Assembly: GCF_035492435.1 (NCBI RefSeq)
Contig: NZ_DATJJF010000094.1
Coordinates: 18,576-82,575 of the forward strand
DNA length: 64,000 nt
Reading direction: 5' to 3'
From: Trinickia sp.
GTDB taxonomy: Bacteria > Pseudomonadota > Gammaproteobacteria > Burkholderiales > Burkholderiaceae
Positions 48,485-59,164 of the stretch are shown here, in pieces. The notes below the pieces were generated by a model that saw nothing but the letters and a program-made list of their open reading frames with translations, had not been told where the DNA came from and ran no database searches. The position numbers were made by a program, and so were the translations under genes. Within the stretch, counting starts at the first letter, position 1; every line of letters begins with the position of its first letter.

Positions 48485-50725
48485 ATGCAATCAGCTACGA
48501 AGAAAACACAACAGTTCATCGGCGGCGAATTCACCCGAATTGACGGGCCGTTCAAAGTCAGTGGCACAGCGAAGTACACCTCGGATTTCAACTTGCCCGG
48601 TCAGCTTTACGCCGTGCCGGTTTGCGCGACGGTCGCCAAGGGGCGCATCACGCGTTTGGATACCGCCGCCGCGTTGAAAATGCCCGGTGTCCGGGCAGTC
48701 TTCACGCGCGAGAACTTTGGAAAGTTCTATCGCGCCGGCTTTTCGATGGACGCGCGAATCGACGAAAAACGTCCACCGTTCGAAGACGACAACATTTACT
48801 ACTACGGCCAATATATCGGGTTAGTGGTTGCCGATACGTTCGAAGAGGCAACTGCAGCGTCTCAAGCCGTGAATGTGACGTATACGTCGAGCCGACCGGA
48901 CGTACGCACGGCCATGTCGGCTGAGGTGACGCCGTCGGTCGAAACCCAGCGCGGCGACGCGGCTGCCGCATTCGCGGCTTCGCCCGAGGCGTTGACGGTG
49001 GACCAGACCTACACGACGCCGATCGAAACGCACAACCCGATCGAATTGCATGCGACGTTGGCCGCATTCGATGGCATGAACTATACGTTGTACGAAACGT
49101 CGCAGGCGGTCATCAACCATCGCCACGTCATTGCGCTGATGCTCGGCGTGTCGGAAGACCGGGTGCGCGTCATTATGAAATACCTGGGCTCCGGGTTCGG
49201 CGGCAAGCTGTTTCCGTGGTCACACTCGTTGCTCGCCGCCGCTGCGGCCCGCAATCTCCGGCGCCCCATCAAGCTGGTACTCACCCGCGAGATGATGTTC
49301 CACAACGTCGGTCACCGTACCAACACGCAGCAGCGCATGCGCTTGTCGGCAACGGCCGAGGGGCGTCTGACGTCGCTCCAGCACGACTACGTGTACCAGA
49401 CGTCCAGCCAGGAAACGCGCAAGGAAAACTGCAGCGAGACAACGGGCTATCTCTACAGCACCCCTAACCTGCGCTCGACTTCGGCGTATGCCCGCCGGGA
49501 CATCGCGCCCAGTACTTCGATGCGTGGCCCCGGTGCCGTTCCTGGCTTGTTTGCCATCGAGTCGGCCGTCGACGAACTCGCCATCAAGCTGAACGTCGAC
49601 CCCGTCCAATTGCGCTTGATCAATGAGCCCAAGATCGACGAAAGCCTGAACGTGCCGTTTTCTTCGCGGCATTTGAAGGAGTGCCTCACGATCGGTGCGG
49701 AGAAATTCGGCTGGGAGAAACGCACGAAAGCGGTTGGCTCCATGCGTCGCGACGGTCTGGTGATTGGCTGGGGTGTCGCAGCCGGCTCATGGGCCGCGCG
49801 GCGATTGGCGACAGAGGCAATCGTCGAATTGCACAGTAACGGGACCGCACGCGTATTGACGGCGACCCAGGACATTGGAACGGGTACGTACACGGTATTG
49901 GCGCAATTGGTGGCCGATGTGACCGGCATCGCACTCGACAAGATCTCGGTGGTGATCGGCGATACGCGCTTGCCGCCGGGGCCGATGTCCGGCGGCTCGA
50001 TGGCTACCGCATCGTTGGTTCCGGCCGTGAGGCAGGCAGCACAGGCGGCGGTGCAGGAGCTATTGGCGATAGCGTCTCAGGCGGGTGCTTCGCCCTTTAA
50101 CGGGCAAGCGATGGATGCGCTTGGCTTCGATAATGGGATGGTCTATCGAAAGAGCACGTCGCCCGGCGCGGGCGTGCCGTTCCAGCGGATCCTCGGACCG
50201 GCAGACATCAACATGGTGGTCGGAAGGGGGCGGTCCGGTGCGAGTCAGGACGATCCTGACGCCAAGCAGGTGTCGATTCACTCATACGGTGCCCATTTCG
50301 TCGAGGTCACGTGGCAGCCGGAGACAGCACGGTTGAGAGTCAGCCGCGTGGTTAGCGTGATCGATGGCGGTCAGATCATCAATGCGCGCACGGCTCAGAA
50401 CCAGATCGAAGGTGCCGTTGTGATGGGCCTCGGTATGGCGCTGTTCGAGGAAACGCACTACGACAGCCGTTCCGGTGCACCGATCAACCGCAGTCTCGCG
50501 GACTATGTGATGACGACGCATGCCGATTCGCCAAAGATCGACGTGACGTTCCTCGACTATCCGGATTACGCGTTGAATCCGCTCGGCGCGCGCGGGGTTG
50601 GCGAGATTGGGATGGCCGGTGTTGCGCCTGCCATTACAAACGCCGTGTATCACGCGACGGGCGTGCGCGTACGCAATCTACCCGTTCGGCTTGAAGACCT
50701 TCTGACGTCTCAGGTGTCTGCTTAG
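48485..50725 (+). CDS. paoC: Aldehyde oxidoreductase molybdopterin-binding large subunit (PaoC/xanthine dehydrogenase family)
   Basis: 746 aa. The a/b-hammerhead and MoCo-binding domains carry blocks GSGFGGK, QDIGTGTYT and GVGEIGMAGVAPAI. Confidence 0.85.
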   Translation: MQSATKKTQQFIGGEFTRIDGPFKVSGTAKYTSDFNLPGQLYAVPVCATVAKGRITRLDTAAALKMPGVRAVFTRENFGKFYRAGFSMDARIDEKRPPFEDDNIYYYGQYIGLVVADTFEEATAASQAVNVTYTSSRPDVRTAMSAEVTPSVETQRGDAAAAFAASPEALTVDQTYTTPIETHNPIELHATLAAFDGMNYTLYETSQAVINHRHVIALMLGVSEDRVRVIMKYLGSGFGGKLFPWSHSLLAAAAARNLRRPIKLVLTREMMFHNVGHRTNTQQRMRLSATAEGRLTSLQHDYVYQTSSQETRKENCSETTGYLYSTPNLRSTSAYARRDIAPSTSMRGPGAVPGLFAIESAVDELAIKLNVDPVQLRLINEPKIDESLNVPFSSRHLKECLTIGAEKFGWEKRTKAVGSMRRDGLVIGWGVAAGSWAARRLATEAIVELHSNGTARVLTATQDIGTGTYTVLAQLVADVTGIALDKISVVIGDTRLPPGPMSGGSMATASLVPAVRQAAQAAVQELLAIASQAGASPFNGQAMDALGFDNGMVYRKSTSPGAGVPFQRILGPADINMVVGRGRSGASQDDPDAKQVSIHSYGAHFVEVTWQPETARLRVSRVVSVIDGGQIINARTAQNQIEGAVVMGLGMALFEETHYDSRSGAPINRSLADYVMTTHADSPKIDVTFLDYPDYALNPLGARGVGEIGMAGVAPAITNAVYHATGVRVRNLPVRLEDLLTSQVSA

Positions 50726-50805
50726 TATCCCCGGCGACTTGTTGAAGAGAGCACGGCTGGGAGGTGTCCAGTCGTGCGCTTCGGCGCCGACGCCGAGTTC
50801 TTACT

Positions 50806-50824
50806 GCGGCCGAATTTCGGCCGC
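50806..50824. terminator. Hairpin between convergent paoC and glnE
   Basis: GCGGCCGAA-T-TTCGGCCGC, a near-perfect 19-bp palindrome with no strong T-run. Confidence 0.4.
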
Positions 50825-50844
50825 CTCCCCTTCGCCCCATCGCG

Positions 50845-53628
50845 TCAGCCGAAAATACGCCGCCACAGCGTCGTGACAACCTCGCGTTCTGCGGCGATGT
50901 TTTCGGGCAGCACGCGCGCCGTCTCCACACCGTCGAGCCGCAGTCGATGCTGCAGCTTGCGGAAAGTCCGATAGGCGCCGCCCACAGTCTCCGCCTCGTC
51001 CGCGCTCATGAGCCCGAAGCGCGACACCTCCCGCAACAACGCAATGTTGCCCGTATTGCGGATGAGCTCCGGATGCCGGGCCGCATGCAGCAAAACCCAA
51101 TACTGAACGAGGAACTCGATGTCGACCATACCGCCGCGGTCGTGCTTGAGATCGAACAGCTGCGTGGGATTGCGATGCCCCGAGGCAGCGCGCTCGCGCA
51201 TCGCCACGATCTCGGCGGCGAGCGTTGCCGCCTCGCGCTGCGTGGTCAGCACCTCATTGCGGATCGACTCGAACTGAGTGCCGATCGCGGCATCGCCTGC
51301 GCAAAAGCGTGCACGCGTCAGTGCCTGATGCTCCCAGACCCACGCCGTATTGGCGGCGTCGCCTTTGCGCAACTGGTAGCGGCGAAAGGCGTCGAGATCG
51401 GTGATGAGCAACCCCGACTCCCCGTTCGGCCGCAAACGCAGGTCGACATCGAAAAGCGTACCGGCGGCCGTCGCCGTCGTGAGCCAGGTGACGAGGCGCC
51501 GCGCGAACGTCGCATACACTTCGGCCGCCATCGGGTCGGGATCGTCGTAAAGGAAAATCAGATCGAGATCCGACGCGTAGCCGAGCTCCTTGCCGCCGAG
51601 TTTGCCGTACGCGATGATGGCAAAGCTCGGCCTATCCCGATGGCGCTTCGCCACTTGCTGCCAGACGGCTTCCATCGTCACCTCGAGCACCGAGTCGGCG
51701 AGCTCGGAGAGGCGGTCGCTCACCTGCTCGACCTTCAGCTTGCCGGCGAGGTCGAGCAGCAGGATACGGAACACCTCGGCGTGGTGCGCGTGCCGCAGCA
51801 GGTCCATCTGCTGTTCCACCCCATCCGCGGCCGCAAGCCGCGTGCGCAACGCCGTCTTGAACCCGGGCCAGTCGAACGGGGTAGCGATTGCATCGTCGTC
51901 AAGCAACTCGTCGAGCAGTTGCGGGTGACGCGTCAAGTAGCCGGCCGCCCAGCGCGACGCAGCCAGCACCCCCATCACGCGCTCGAGCGCCGCCGGGAAC
52001 TCGTCGAGCAACGCCAGATAAGCGCTGCGCCGGCTTACCGCCTCGAGCAGATCGAACAGCCGGGCGAGCGTCGGAGCGCGCTTGGTCGGCGGCTCAAGCG
52101 TTGCTGCGGCATCGAGCGCGCGCCGCGCGATTGTGTCGAACCGCTCGCGGCTGCGTTCGGGCAAGCCCTGATAGCGCGTCGAGCGACGCACGGCGACCAG
52201 GCGTTCGACGACTTCACGCGCCTCCTCGCCGAAGCCGTGCCCGGTAAGCCGGGCGGCCAGCGAGGCGCTCGCCGTTTCGTCCTCCAGCTCGGGGCTCCAA
52301 ACCTCGGCCGCCGAGCCGTCCTCCCGCGCCTTGTCGGCAAAGATTTCGTCGAACTGCGCCTGGACAAAATCGCGATGGGCATCGAGCCTGGCAGCAAGCG
52401 CGGCGTAGTCGACAAACCCGAGCGACGCGGCTAGCCGTGCACGCTCATCGGCATCGACGGGCACGGCATGCGTTTGCGCATCTTGCCGATATTGAAGGCG
52501 GTGCTCCAGCACGCGCAAAAAGCGGTAGGCTTCTCCGAGCTGGTCGCACAGGGAGGGCGCGATGAGGCCGCGCGTCGCCGCATGCCGCAGCACGCTAAGC
52601 GTCGGCCGGATGCGAAAGTCGGCGTCCTGACCGCCGCGAATCAGCTGGAACACTTGCGCGGAGAACTCGATCTCCCGGATGCCTCCGCGGCCGAGCTTGA
52701 TGTCGTCGGCCTTCTCCGGGCGCATCGTAGCGCGCCGCCGCCCCTCCTCGCCGATCTGCCGATGCAGCGATCGAATCGCGCCGATCACGCCGAAATCGAG
52801 ATAGCGCCGGTACACGAACGGCTTCACGAGCGCTTCGAGCTGATCGGCCAAGCGCACGGCCGCCGGGCTTTCACCCTCGGAGACGAGCCGGCCCTTGATC
52901 CAGGCATAGCGCTCCCATTCACGCCCCTGCACATAAAAATACTCTTCGAGCATGCCTAGGCTGCAAGCAAGCGGGCCTGCGTCGCCGTTGGGCCGCAAAC
53001 GCATGTCGACGCGAAAGACATACCCGTCGGCGGTCGGCTCCGCGAGCGCGCCGATGAGCCTGCGCCCGAGACGTGCGAAGAACTCCTGCGTAGCAATCGG
53101 CGAACGGGTGCCGCCCGCCGTTTCGCCGTCGTCCTCGTACACGAAAATCAAGTCGATGTCGGACGAGACGTTGAGCTCGCGCCCACCCAGCTTGCCCATG
53201 CCGACCACGCCAAGCGTCAGCCGCTCGCCACCCGGGCCGCGCGGCTCGCCGAAAGCCGCTTCGAGCTCCGCCGAAAGCACCGCGAGTGCCTGCTGGATGG
53301 CGACTTCTGCAAGATCGGTCATCGCCGACGTCACTTCGGTCAGATCGGCGTGCCCGGCTAGATCGCGCTCCATGACCGTGCAAAACACTTCCGTGCGCAA
53401 ATGCCGTAGCACACGGCGCAGTGACGTTTCGCCAAGCATGGCTGCGGGGGGCAGCCCGTCCGCCGCACGCGCTTCATTTGCAAGCACATCGAAGCGCGCA
53501 CCTATGCCCTCGCGCGTGACGGGCACCTCAGCCCATTCGGCGATGCGTTCGGCCAGACCAGGCCGTGCGGCGATTGCGCGCGCGACATAAGAGGAGTAAT
53601 CGGAACTCAGCAGGAGCGGTGCAGTCAT
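50845..53628 (-). CDS. glnE: Bifunctional glutamine synthetase adenylyltransferase/adenylyl-removing enzyme
   Basis: 927 aa with two nucleotidyltransferase modules (GMGKLGGRELNVSSDIDLIFVY and AYGKLGGKELGYASDLDLIFLY). Confidence 0.95.
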   Translation of the reverse strand: MTAPLLLSSDYSSYVARAIAARPGLAERIAEWAEVPVTREGIGARFDVLANEARAADGLPPAAMLGETSLRRVLRHLRTEVFCTVMERDLAGHADLTEVTSAMTDLAEVAIQQALAVLSAELEAAFGEPRGPGGERLTLGVVGMGKLGGRELNVSSDIDLIFVYEDDGETAGGTRSPIATQEFFARLGRRLIGALAEPTADGYVFRVDMRLRPNGDAGPLACSLGMLEEYFYVQGREWERYAWIKGRLVSEGESPAAVRLADQLEALVKPFVYRRYLDFGVIGAIRSLHRQIGEEGRRRATMRPEKADDIKLGRGGIREIEFSAQVFQLIRGGQDADFRIRPTLSVLRHAATRGLIAPSLCDQLGEAYRFLRVLEHRLQYRQDAQTHAVPVDADERARLAASLGFVDYAALAARLDAHRDFVQAQFDEIFADKAREDGSAAEVWSPELEDETASASLAARLTGHGFGEEAREVVERLVAVRRSTRYQGLPERSRERFDTIARRALDAAATLEPPTKRAPTLARLFDLLEAVSRRSAYLALLDEFPAALERVMGVLAASRWAAGYLTRHPQLLDELLDDDAIATPFDWPGFKTALRTRLAAADGVEQQMDLLRHAHHAEVFRILLLDLAGKLKVEQVSDRLSELADSVLEVTMEAVWQQVAKRHRDRPSFAIIAYGKLGGKELGYASDLDLIFLYDDPDPMAAEVYATFARRLVTWLTTATAAGTLFDVDLRLRPNGESGLLITDLDAFRRYQLRKGDAANTAWVWEHQALTRARFCAGDAAIGTQFESIRNEVLTTQREAATLAAEIVAMRERAASGHRNPTQLFDLKHDRGGMVDIEFLVQYWVLLHAARHPELIRNTGNIALLREVSRFGLMSADEAETVGGAYRTFRKLQHRLRLDGVETARVLPENIAAEREVVTTLWRRIFG

Positions 53629-53827
53629 GAACAGATCGTGTTCGGCATGATCGCCCGAAGGCGGGCAAAAATCGTCTCACCACGCGGGATGCGCGAGCAC
53701 AGGTGCAAGCGCCGCGGAAATGTCGGCGGATCGCCGTCGAGGCCCCGCGCCTGTGATACATTCGTCGTCAAGACGCCAAACTACCACACCCGGCACTGCA
53801 CACCGGTTCACGCCCTTTCTCCGCAGC

Positions 53828-56800
53828 ATGTCCGACAGCAAGGAATCCGTCGAAGAAGCCGTTGCCGGACCCACGCGCCACGCCTCCCTACTGCTTCGCC
53901 GCACGTTCAGGATCGTGCTGGCGTTTGCCATTGGGGCGTACTTCGTGGCCGCGGCCGCGTTGCTCGGCTTGCGCTACGTGCTGCTGCCCCGCATCGACGA
54001 GTTCCGTCCCCGCATCGAAGCGGCCGTCTCGCAGACGATTCATGCCGACCTTCGCATCGCAAAGCTGGCACCGCATTGGTCGAGGCTCGAGCCAGGCATC
54101 GACGTGAGCGGTCTCACGATTCGTGACCGCGATGGCCAACTCGCGCTGTCCGTACCCCACGCAACCGCCACCGTGTCGTGGCGCTCGCTCGCGCTCGGCA
54201 AGCCCGTGCTGGCAAGCCTGATTGTCGATGAGCCGCAGGTACTCGCAACACGCGCGCCGGATGGCTCGCTGACAGTCGCCGGCGTGCCCGTGCCGACCGT
54301 GCACCGAGGCGGCGACGCGACATTTTCCGACTGGCTGCTCTCGCAGCAGGCGATCGTGCTGCGCGGGGCCACATTGCGCTGGCGCGACGGTTTGCGCCAA
54401 GCGCCCGAGCTGACGTTGCACAACATCCACGCCGCAATCTTCAATCGCGGCTTCGAGCACCGTGTCGCACTGCAAGCGCCTGCCGAGGGCACGTTGCTCA
54501 AAGGCCCGCTGGACTTTCGCGCGCGCTTCCGGCATACGTTGCTCGCCGAGCTGGGCAAGCCGGAAAACTGGAGCGGCGAGGCGTATGTCTCGACGGGCCC
54601 CGTCGATCTGTCGACGCTCGGCCGGTATGTCGCTGTGCCGATGAAGCTTTACGCAGGACGCATCGATAACGCGATCTGGGTCAACTTCTCCGACGGCTAC
54701 ATCCGCTCGGCGCACGGCGAGCTGGACGGAAACGATGTGTCGCTGCGCGTGCGTACAACGCAGCCGAGGCTCGACTTGAAGATCGCGCGCTTTGGCTGGG
54801 CTGCGCAGATCGAGCCGCAGCGCGACTATCGGATCACGCTCTCGAACCTGCTTGCCGAGATGGGCCAGCCGCCGCTCGCCGACGGCACGCCCGTGACGCG
54901 GACGCTGGCGTTCTCGACGCTTTCGGGCCGCTATCGGCCGCCGAGCGTTGAAAACGGACAGTTAATCAGTGTGTCGGGCGACCGTGTGGATCTCGGCGTA
55001 CTGGCCGAGTTCAGCCGCGCGCTGCCCTTGCCCGAGGAATTCCTCGACGAGCTGGTGCGCTTTGACCCGCGCGGCCTCATGGCCGACTACACGATCGAAG
55101 TCGAGCGTGCGCGGCCCGAGACGGAGCCCGCAGCGCGCGAGCAGCGCGTCTTGGGTACGGCGCCCATCGTGCGCTACCGCTTCAAAGGCGACCTCGAGGG
55201 CATCAGCCTTGCCGCGCAGGAGCCGCCGCCGGGGCTTTCACGCCTGGGCCACCCGCGCGCCGGGCTGCCCGGCTTCGAAAACCTTTGGGGAACGGTCGAC
55301 GCCAACGAGACGGGCGGTGCTGTAACGATCGATACCGCCAACGCGGCGCTCACGTTTCCCGGCGAGTTCGACGACCCGCGGCTGGCGTTCGACCGGCTCG
55401 CCGGACGCGCGCAATGGTCGGTCACGCCCGCACCCGGGCAGCCACACAAGGCATTTGCCGTCACCGTGCCCGAGCTTCATATCGAAAATGGCGATTTGGC
55501 CGGCAGCGTCGTCGCTCGGTACACGAACCCGGGCCATGGCCGCGGGACACTCGATTTGAATGCCACGTTACCGCGGGCGAAGGTGGCGACGCTGACGCGC
55601 TACTTTCCGACGAGCATCGACGAGCATCTGCGCCACTACCTGGGCTACGGCCTGCAGGGCGGTATCACGCGTAATGCCACCATCGAGGTCCATGGCGACC
55701 TGGAGACATTTCCCTACTCGCAAGATCCCCACGCGGGCGTTTTTCGCATCGTCGCGCCGTTTTCAGGTGGCAAGTACGATCCGTCGCCCTATCCGCCCAA
55801 GAAGCTCAGAAACGGCGAGCCGGATGTCTGGCCGCCACTCGTCGATATCGATGGGGTTTTCAAGCTCAAGGAAAACGTCCTGCGCTTCGACATCGACCGG
55901 GCGCGCTACAAGCGCGTCGCGCTTAAGCACGTCAGCGGGCACATCGCCGATCTCGGCAATCACGCATCGAGCCTCATCATTGCTGGCCAAGCACACGGCC
56001 CGCTGGCCGATCTGCTCGATTACGTGAACGAGAGCGCAGCAGGCAGCATGACCGATCACGTTACCGAAAAGCTCCGCGCGAGCGGGCCGGCGACGCTCGA
56101 TCTCACGCTCACGGTGCCGCGCAGGCAGGGATCGCACACGGGCGTGGCAGGCACTGTAGGCTTCCAAGGCAACACGCTGGGCCACGCAGGGTGGCCGCCC
56201 ATCGAAGACCTCACGGGGCGCCTCAACTTTACCGAGCACACCCTCGCGCTCGAAGACGCAGCGGGGCGCTGGCTCGGCGGCAAGGTACGTGCCGACGGTA
56301 AGCTCGCGGCCAATGGCAGTTATGCGCTCGGCGTTTCAGGCCAATTATCGGCGGCGCGTGCGCGTGAGCTCGATCAGAACAGCGTCGCCGGCAGACTGCT
56401 TGGACACCTGTCCGGCGAGGCGCCCTTCTCGCTCGACATTCGTGGAAACAAGAGCGGCGTGCCGCAGATCGCTGCCCGCTCCGACCTGACAGGTCTCGCG
56501 CTCGATTTGCCGGCCCCCCTCGGCAAATCGAGCGGCACGCCGATGCCCTTCTCGCTGACGGTTGAGCCGCTCAAAGGTGAGACCGCCGAGGGAGCGCTGG
56601 GAGCGCAGACAGCTCGTGCGAACCTGCAGTTCGGCCCCATTGCCGCCTCCTATCTGCTGCGCCGCGAGGTCGCAGGTCCTGATGCGGCGACGTCTGCGCC
56701 CCCCTTCCACGTGGTAAAGGGCGCAATCGCAGTGGACCAGGCGCCGCAGCTGCCAGCCGCAGGCGTCACCGCCACCGGTGCGCTGGAATCGTTCGACGTC

Positions 56801-58054
56801 GACGCGTGGCGAACCCTCGTGGCCGAGCTGCGCGACCCACTCGCCGCCCATGCGCCGGAGGTGAGCACCGGCGAGCACACCGAGACGGCCGGCACGCTCA
56901 GTCAATTCGTGCCGAGCAGCTACGGCCTGCACTTCGACACGCTCAAACTGCTCGAGCGCAACTGGACCCACGTCGGCATCGACGCACAACGCACAAACGG
57001 CGACTGGGAGGCGCACATCGCTGCCGACCAGTTGACGGGCAGCTTGTCGTGGCAGCCGGGCGCTGCGGGCAACGCGGGAGGACAGCTCACAGCCCGGTTC
57101 TCCAAAGCCGAGGTTCCAGTGACGGTCGGACATGCGCTGGTCGGCCAATTGTCCTCGCCCACGACGCGGCATATGCCGGCCATCGATCTCGCCATCGACG
57201 ATTTCATCGTGCGCGGACGCAGCCTTGGCCGACTGGCCGTGGCCGCGCACAATGTCGACGAGAACGGTGTGCCAGTCTGGCAGGTCGACAAGTTCGAAGT
57301 CACCAACCCTGCCGCGCACCTCCTTGCGACGGCGAACTGGCGCACAGCGCCCCGTTTCGGAACGGACGTGCCAGCGGACACGCCACGGCGCACGGCGATC
57401 GACTTCAAGCTCGATATCTCGGACGCGGGCGCGGTGCTCGAACAGTTCGGCCTGCCGCGCACCGTGAAAGGCGGCGCTGGCTCCCTCAGCGGACGCATAG
57501 GCTGGCGCGGCGAGCCCACCGCGATTGACTACCCGACGCTGTGGGGCCATATGGCACTCGATCTGCGGCACGGGCAGTTCCTCAGGGTCGACCCCGGCGT
57601 CGCAAAGCTGCTCGGCGTGCTGAGCCTGCAAAGTCTCTCACGCGTCGTCACGCTGAACTTCAAGGATGTGATCGGCGAGGGCTTGCCGTTCGAACGGACG
57701 ACGGGCACAGGGCAAATCAAGGACGGCGTCGGTCGCACCGACAACTTCCAGATCGTGACAGCGCCAGCGCGCGCCGATCTGTCTGGCACAGTCGATCTCG
57801 CGGCCGAAACCCAGGATATGCAGGTCGTCATTACGCCGACGATCAGTGCCGGCTCGGCCGTGATTGCCGCGACGATCGTCAATCCCCTGCTCGGCCTCGG
57901 CGCGTTCGTGGCGAACCTGGCCCTTTCTCAGTCGATCTCGCACGCGTTCGCGACGCAGTACGCGATCACTGGGTCGTGGTCGCGTCCGCGTATCGAGCGA
58001 CTCTCAGCCGATCAGGGTAAGATGAGTGTTCCGACCGAGGGCACCGGCCACTGA
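53828..58054 (+). CDS. yhdP: YhdP-family (AsmA-like, TIGR02099-type) large envelope protein
   Basis: Track ORF trimmed to the ATG at 53828. About 1400 aa with a single N-terminal TM (IVLAFAIGAYFVAAAALLGL), then a long beta-rich periplasmic region and a conserved C-terminal block (GVLSLQSLSRVVTLNFKDV...Y.ITGSW..P). Typical synteny with the C-N hydrolase gene and tldD. Confidence 0.8.
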   Translation: MSDSKESVEEAVAGPTRHASLLLRRTFRIVLAFAIGAYFVAAAALLGLRYVLLPRIDEFRPRIEAAVSQTIHADLRIAKLAPHWSRLEPGIDVSGLTIRDRDGQLALSVPHATATVSWRSLALGKPVLASLIVDEPQVLATRAPDGSLTVAGVPVPTVHRGGDATFSDWLLSQQAIVLRGATLRWRDGLRQAPELTLHNIHAAIFNRGFEHRVALQAPAEGTLLKGPLDFRARFRHTLLAELGKPENWSGEAYVSTGPVDLSTLGRYVAVPMKLYAGRIDNAIWVNFSDGYIRSAHGELDGNDVSLRVRTTQPRLDLKIARFGWAAQIEPQRDYRITLSNLLAEMGQPPLADGTPVTRTLAFSTLSGRYRPPSVENGQLISVSGDRVDLGVLAEFSRALPLPEEFLDELVRFDPRGLMADYTIEVERARPETEPAAREQRVLGTAPIVRYRFKGDLEGISLAAQEPPPGLSRLGHPRAGLPGFENLWGTVDANETGGAVTIDTANAALTFPGEFDDPRLAFDRLAGRAQWSVTPAPGQPHKAFAVTVPELHIENGDLAGSVVARYTNPGHGRGTLDLNATLPRAKVATLTRYFPTSIDEHLRHYLGYGLQGGITRNATIEVHGDLETFPYSQDPHAGVFRIVAPFSGGKYDPSPYPPKKLRNGEPDVWPPLVDIDGVFKLKENVLRFDIDRARYKRVALKHVSGHIADLGNHASSLIIAGQAHGPLADLLDYVNESAAGSMTDHVTEKLRASGPATLDLTLTVPRRQGSHTGVAGTVGFQGNTLGHAGWPPIEDLTGRLNFTEHTLALEDAAGRWLGGKVRADGKLAANGSYALGVSGQLSAARARELDQNSVAGRLLGHLSGEAPFSLDIRGNKSGVPQIAARSDLTGLALDLPAPLGKSSGTPMPFSLTVEPLKGETAEGALGAQTARANLQFGPIAASYLLRREVAGPDAATSAPPFHVVKGAIAVDQAPQLPAAGVTATGALESFDVDAWRTLVAELRDPLAAHAPEVSTGEHTETAGTLSQFVPSSYGLHFDTLKLLERNWTHVGIDAQRTNGDWEAHIAADQLTGSLSWQPGAAGNAGGQLTARFSKAEVPVTVGHALVGQLSSPTTRHMPAIDLAIDDFIVRGRSLGRLAVAAHNVDENGVPVWQVDKFEVTNPAAHLLATANWRTAPRFGTDVPADTPRRTAIDFKLDISDAGAVLEQFGLPRTVKGGAGSLSGRIGWRGEPTAIDYPTLWGHMALDLRHGQFLRVDPGVAKLLGVLSLQSLSRVVTLNFKDVIGEGLPFERTTGTGQIKDGVGRTDNFQIVTAPARADLSGTVDLAAETQDMQVVITPTISAGSAVIAATIVNPLLGLGAFVANLALSQSISHAFATQYAITGSWSRPRIERLSADQGKMSVPTEGTGH

Positions 58055-58206
58055 TACGAATGAAAGTCGGCCGGCCTGTGGCACCGCCGCGCCGGGCTCG
58101 TCCCTCCCGGCGGTCGTCACCGGTCCATCGGTCACATGGTTCATTTGCCGACCGGAGTGGGCGCTATGCCCGCTCCGGTCCATGCACAGCTCGCACACGG
58201 ATATCC

Positions 58207-59058
58207 ATGAGCGATCGACACATCACACCCGCGTCAGCAATGCCCTTTCGCGTGGCCGCACTGCAGATGGTGAGCGCGCCCTCACGCGAGCGCAACCTCG
58301 AGGATGCCGCGCGCCTCATCGCCGAGGCCGCGAGCGATGGCGCAGAACTCGTGCTGTTGCCCGAGTATTTCTGCTTCATGGGGTTCAAAGAGACCGACAA
58401 GCTCAGCGTGCGCGAGCCGTATGGCGACGGCCCGATCCAGCGCTTTTTGGCCGATGCGGCGCGACGCCACGGCGTGTGGTTGATCGGCGGCACCCTGCCG
58501 CTCGCCGTCGACGGCCCCTCGCCCGACCCCGAGCGCGTCCTCAACACGACGCTTGTCTTCGACCCGCAAGGTCAAGAGGCGGCAAGGTACGACAAGATTC
58601 ACCTCTTCAACTTCGAGAAAGGCAGCGAATCGTTCGACGAAGCGCGCACGATCCGGCCCGGTGGCGACGTGCGCACGTTCGAGGCACCTTTCGGACGCGT
58701 GGGCCTGTCGGTCTGCTACGATCTTCGCTTTCCCGAGCTGTACCGACGCATGGGCGATGTTGCGCTGATCGTCGTGCCGTCGGCCTTCACATACACGACG
58801 GGGCGTGCGCATTGGGAGATGCTCCTGCGCGCCCGCGCCGTCGAAAACCAGTGCTACGTGCTCGCCGCAGCGCAAGGCGGCACGCATGAAAACGGCCGTC
58901 GCACCTGGGGACACAGCATGCTGATCGACCCCTGGGGCGAGATCGTGGCGCAACGCACGGCTGACGGCTCGGGTGTCGTCACAGGCGACATCGACCGCAA
59001 GCGCATCGAAGAAGTGCGCCGTAGCCTGCCAGCGTGGCGGCATCGCGTGCTGTCTTGA
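58207..59058 (+). CDS. Carbon-nitrogen hydrolase (nitrilase superfamily) protein
   Basis: Track ORF trimmed to the ATG at 58207. The catalytic E-K-C pattern is LLPEYF, YDKIHLF and [12 protein letters not shown]. Confidence 0.85.
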   Translation: MSDRHITPASAMPFRVAALQMVSAPSRERNLEDAARLIAEAASDGAELVLLPEYFCFMGFKETDKLSVREPYGDGPIQRFLADAARRHGVWLIGGTLPLAVDGPSPDPERVLNTTLVFDPQGQEAARYDKIHLFNFEKGSESFDEARTIRPGGDVRTFEAPFGRVGLSVCYDLRFPELYRRMGDVALIVVPSAFTYTTGRAHWEMLLRARAVENQCYVLAAAQGGTHENGRRTWGHSMLIDPWGEIVAQRTADGSGVVTGDIDRKRIEEVRRSLPAWRHRVLS

Positions 59059-59164
59059 GGAGCTCGTCGGCTATCGCTCATGCCCACACGACCCATTCCA
59101 TGAAAACGTCGAAGGCGTACGTCGCTTTTCACTCACCGCATTCAGTTTCTACCGATCGATCCGC

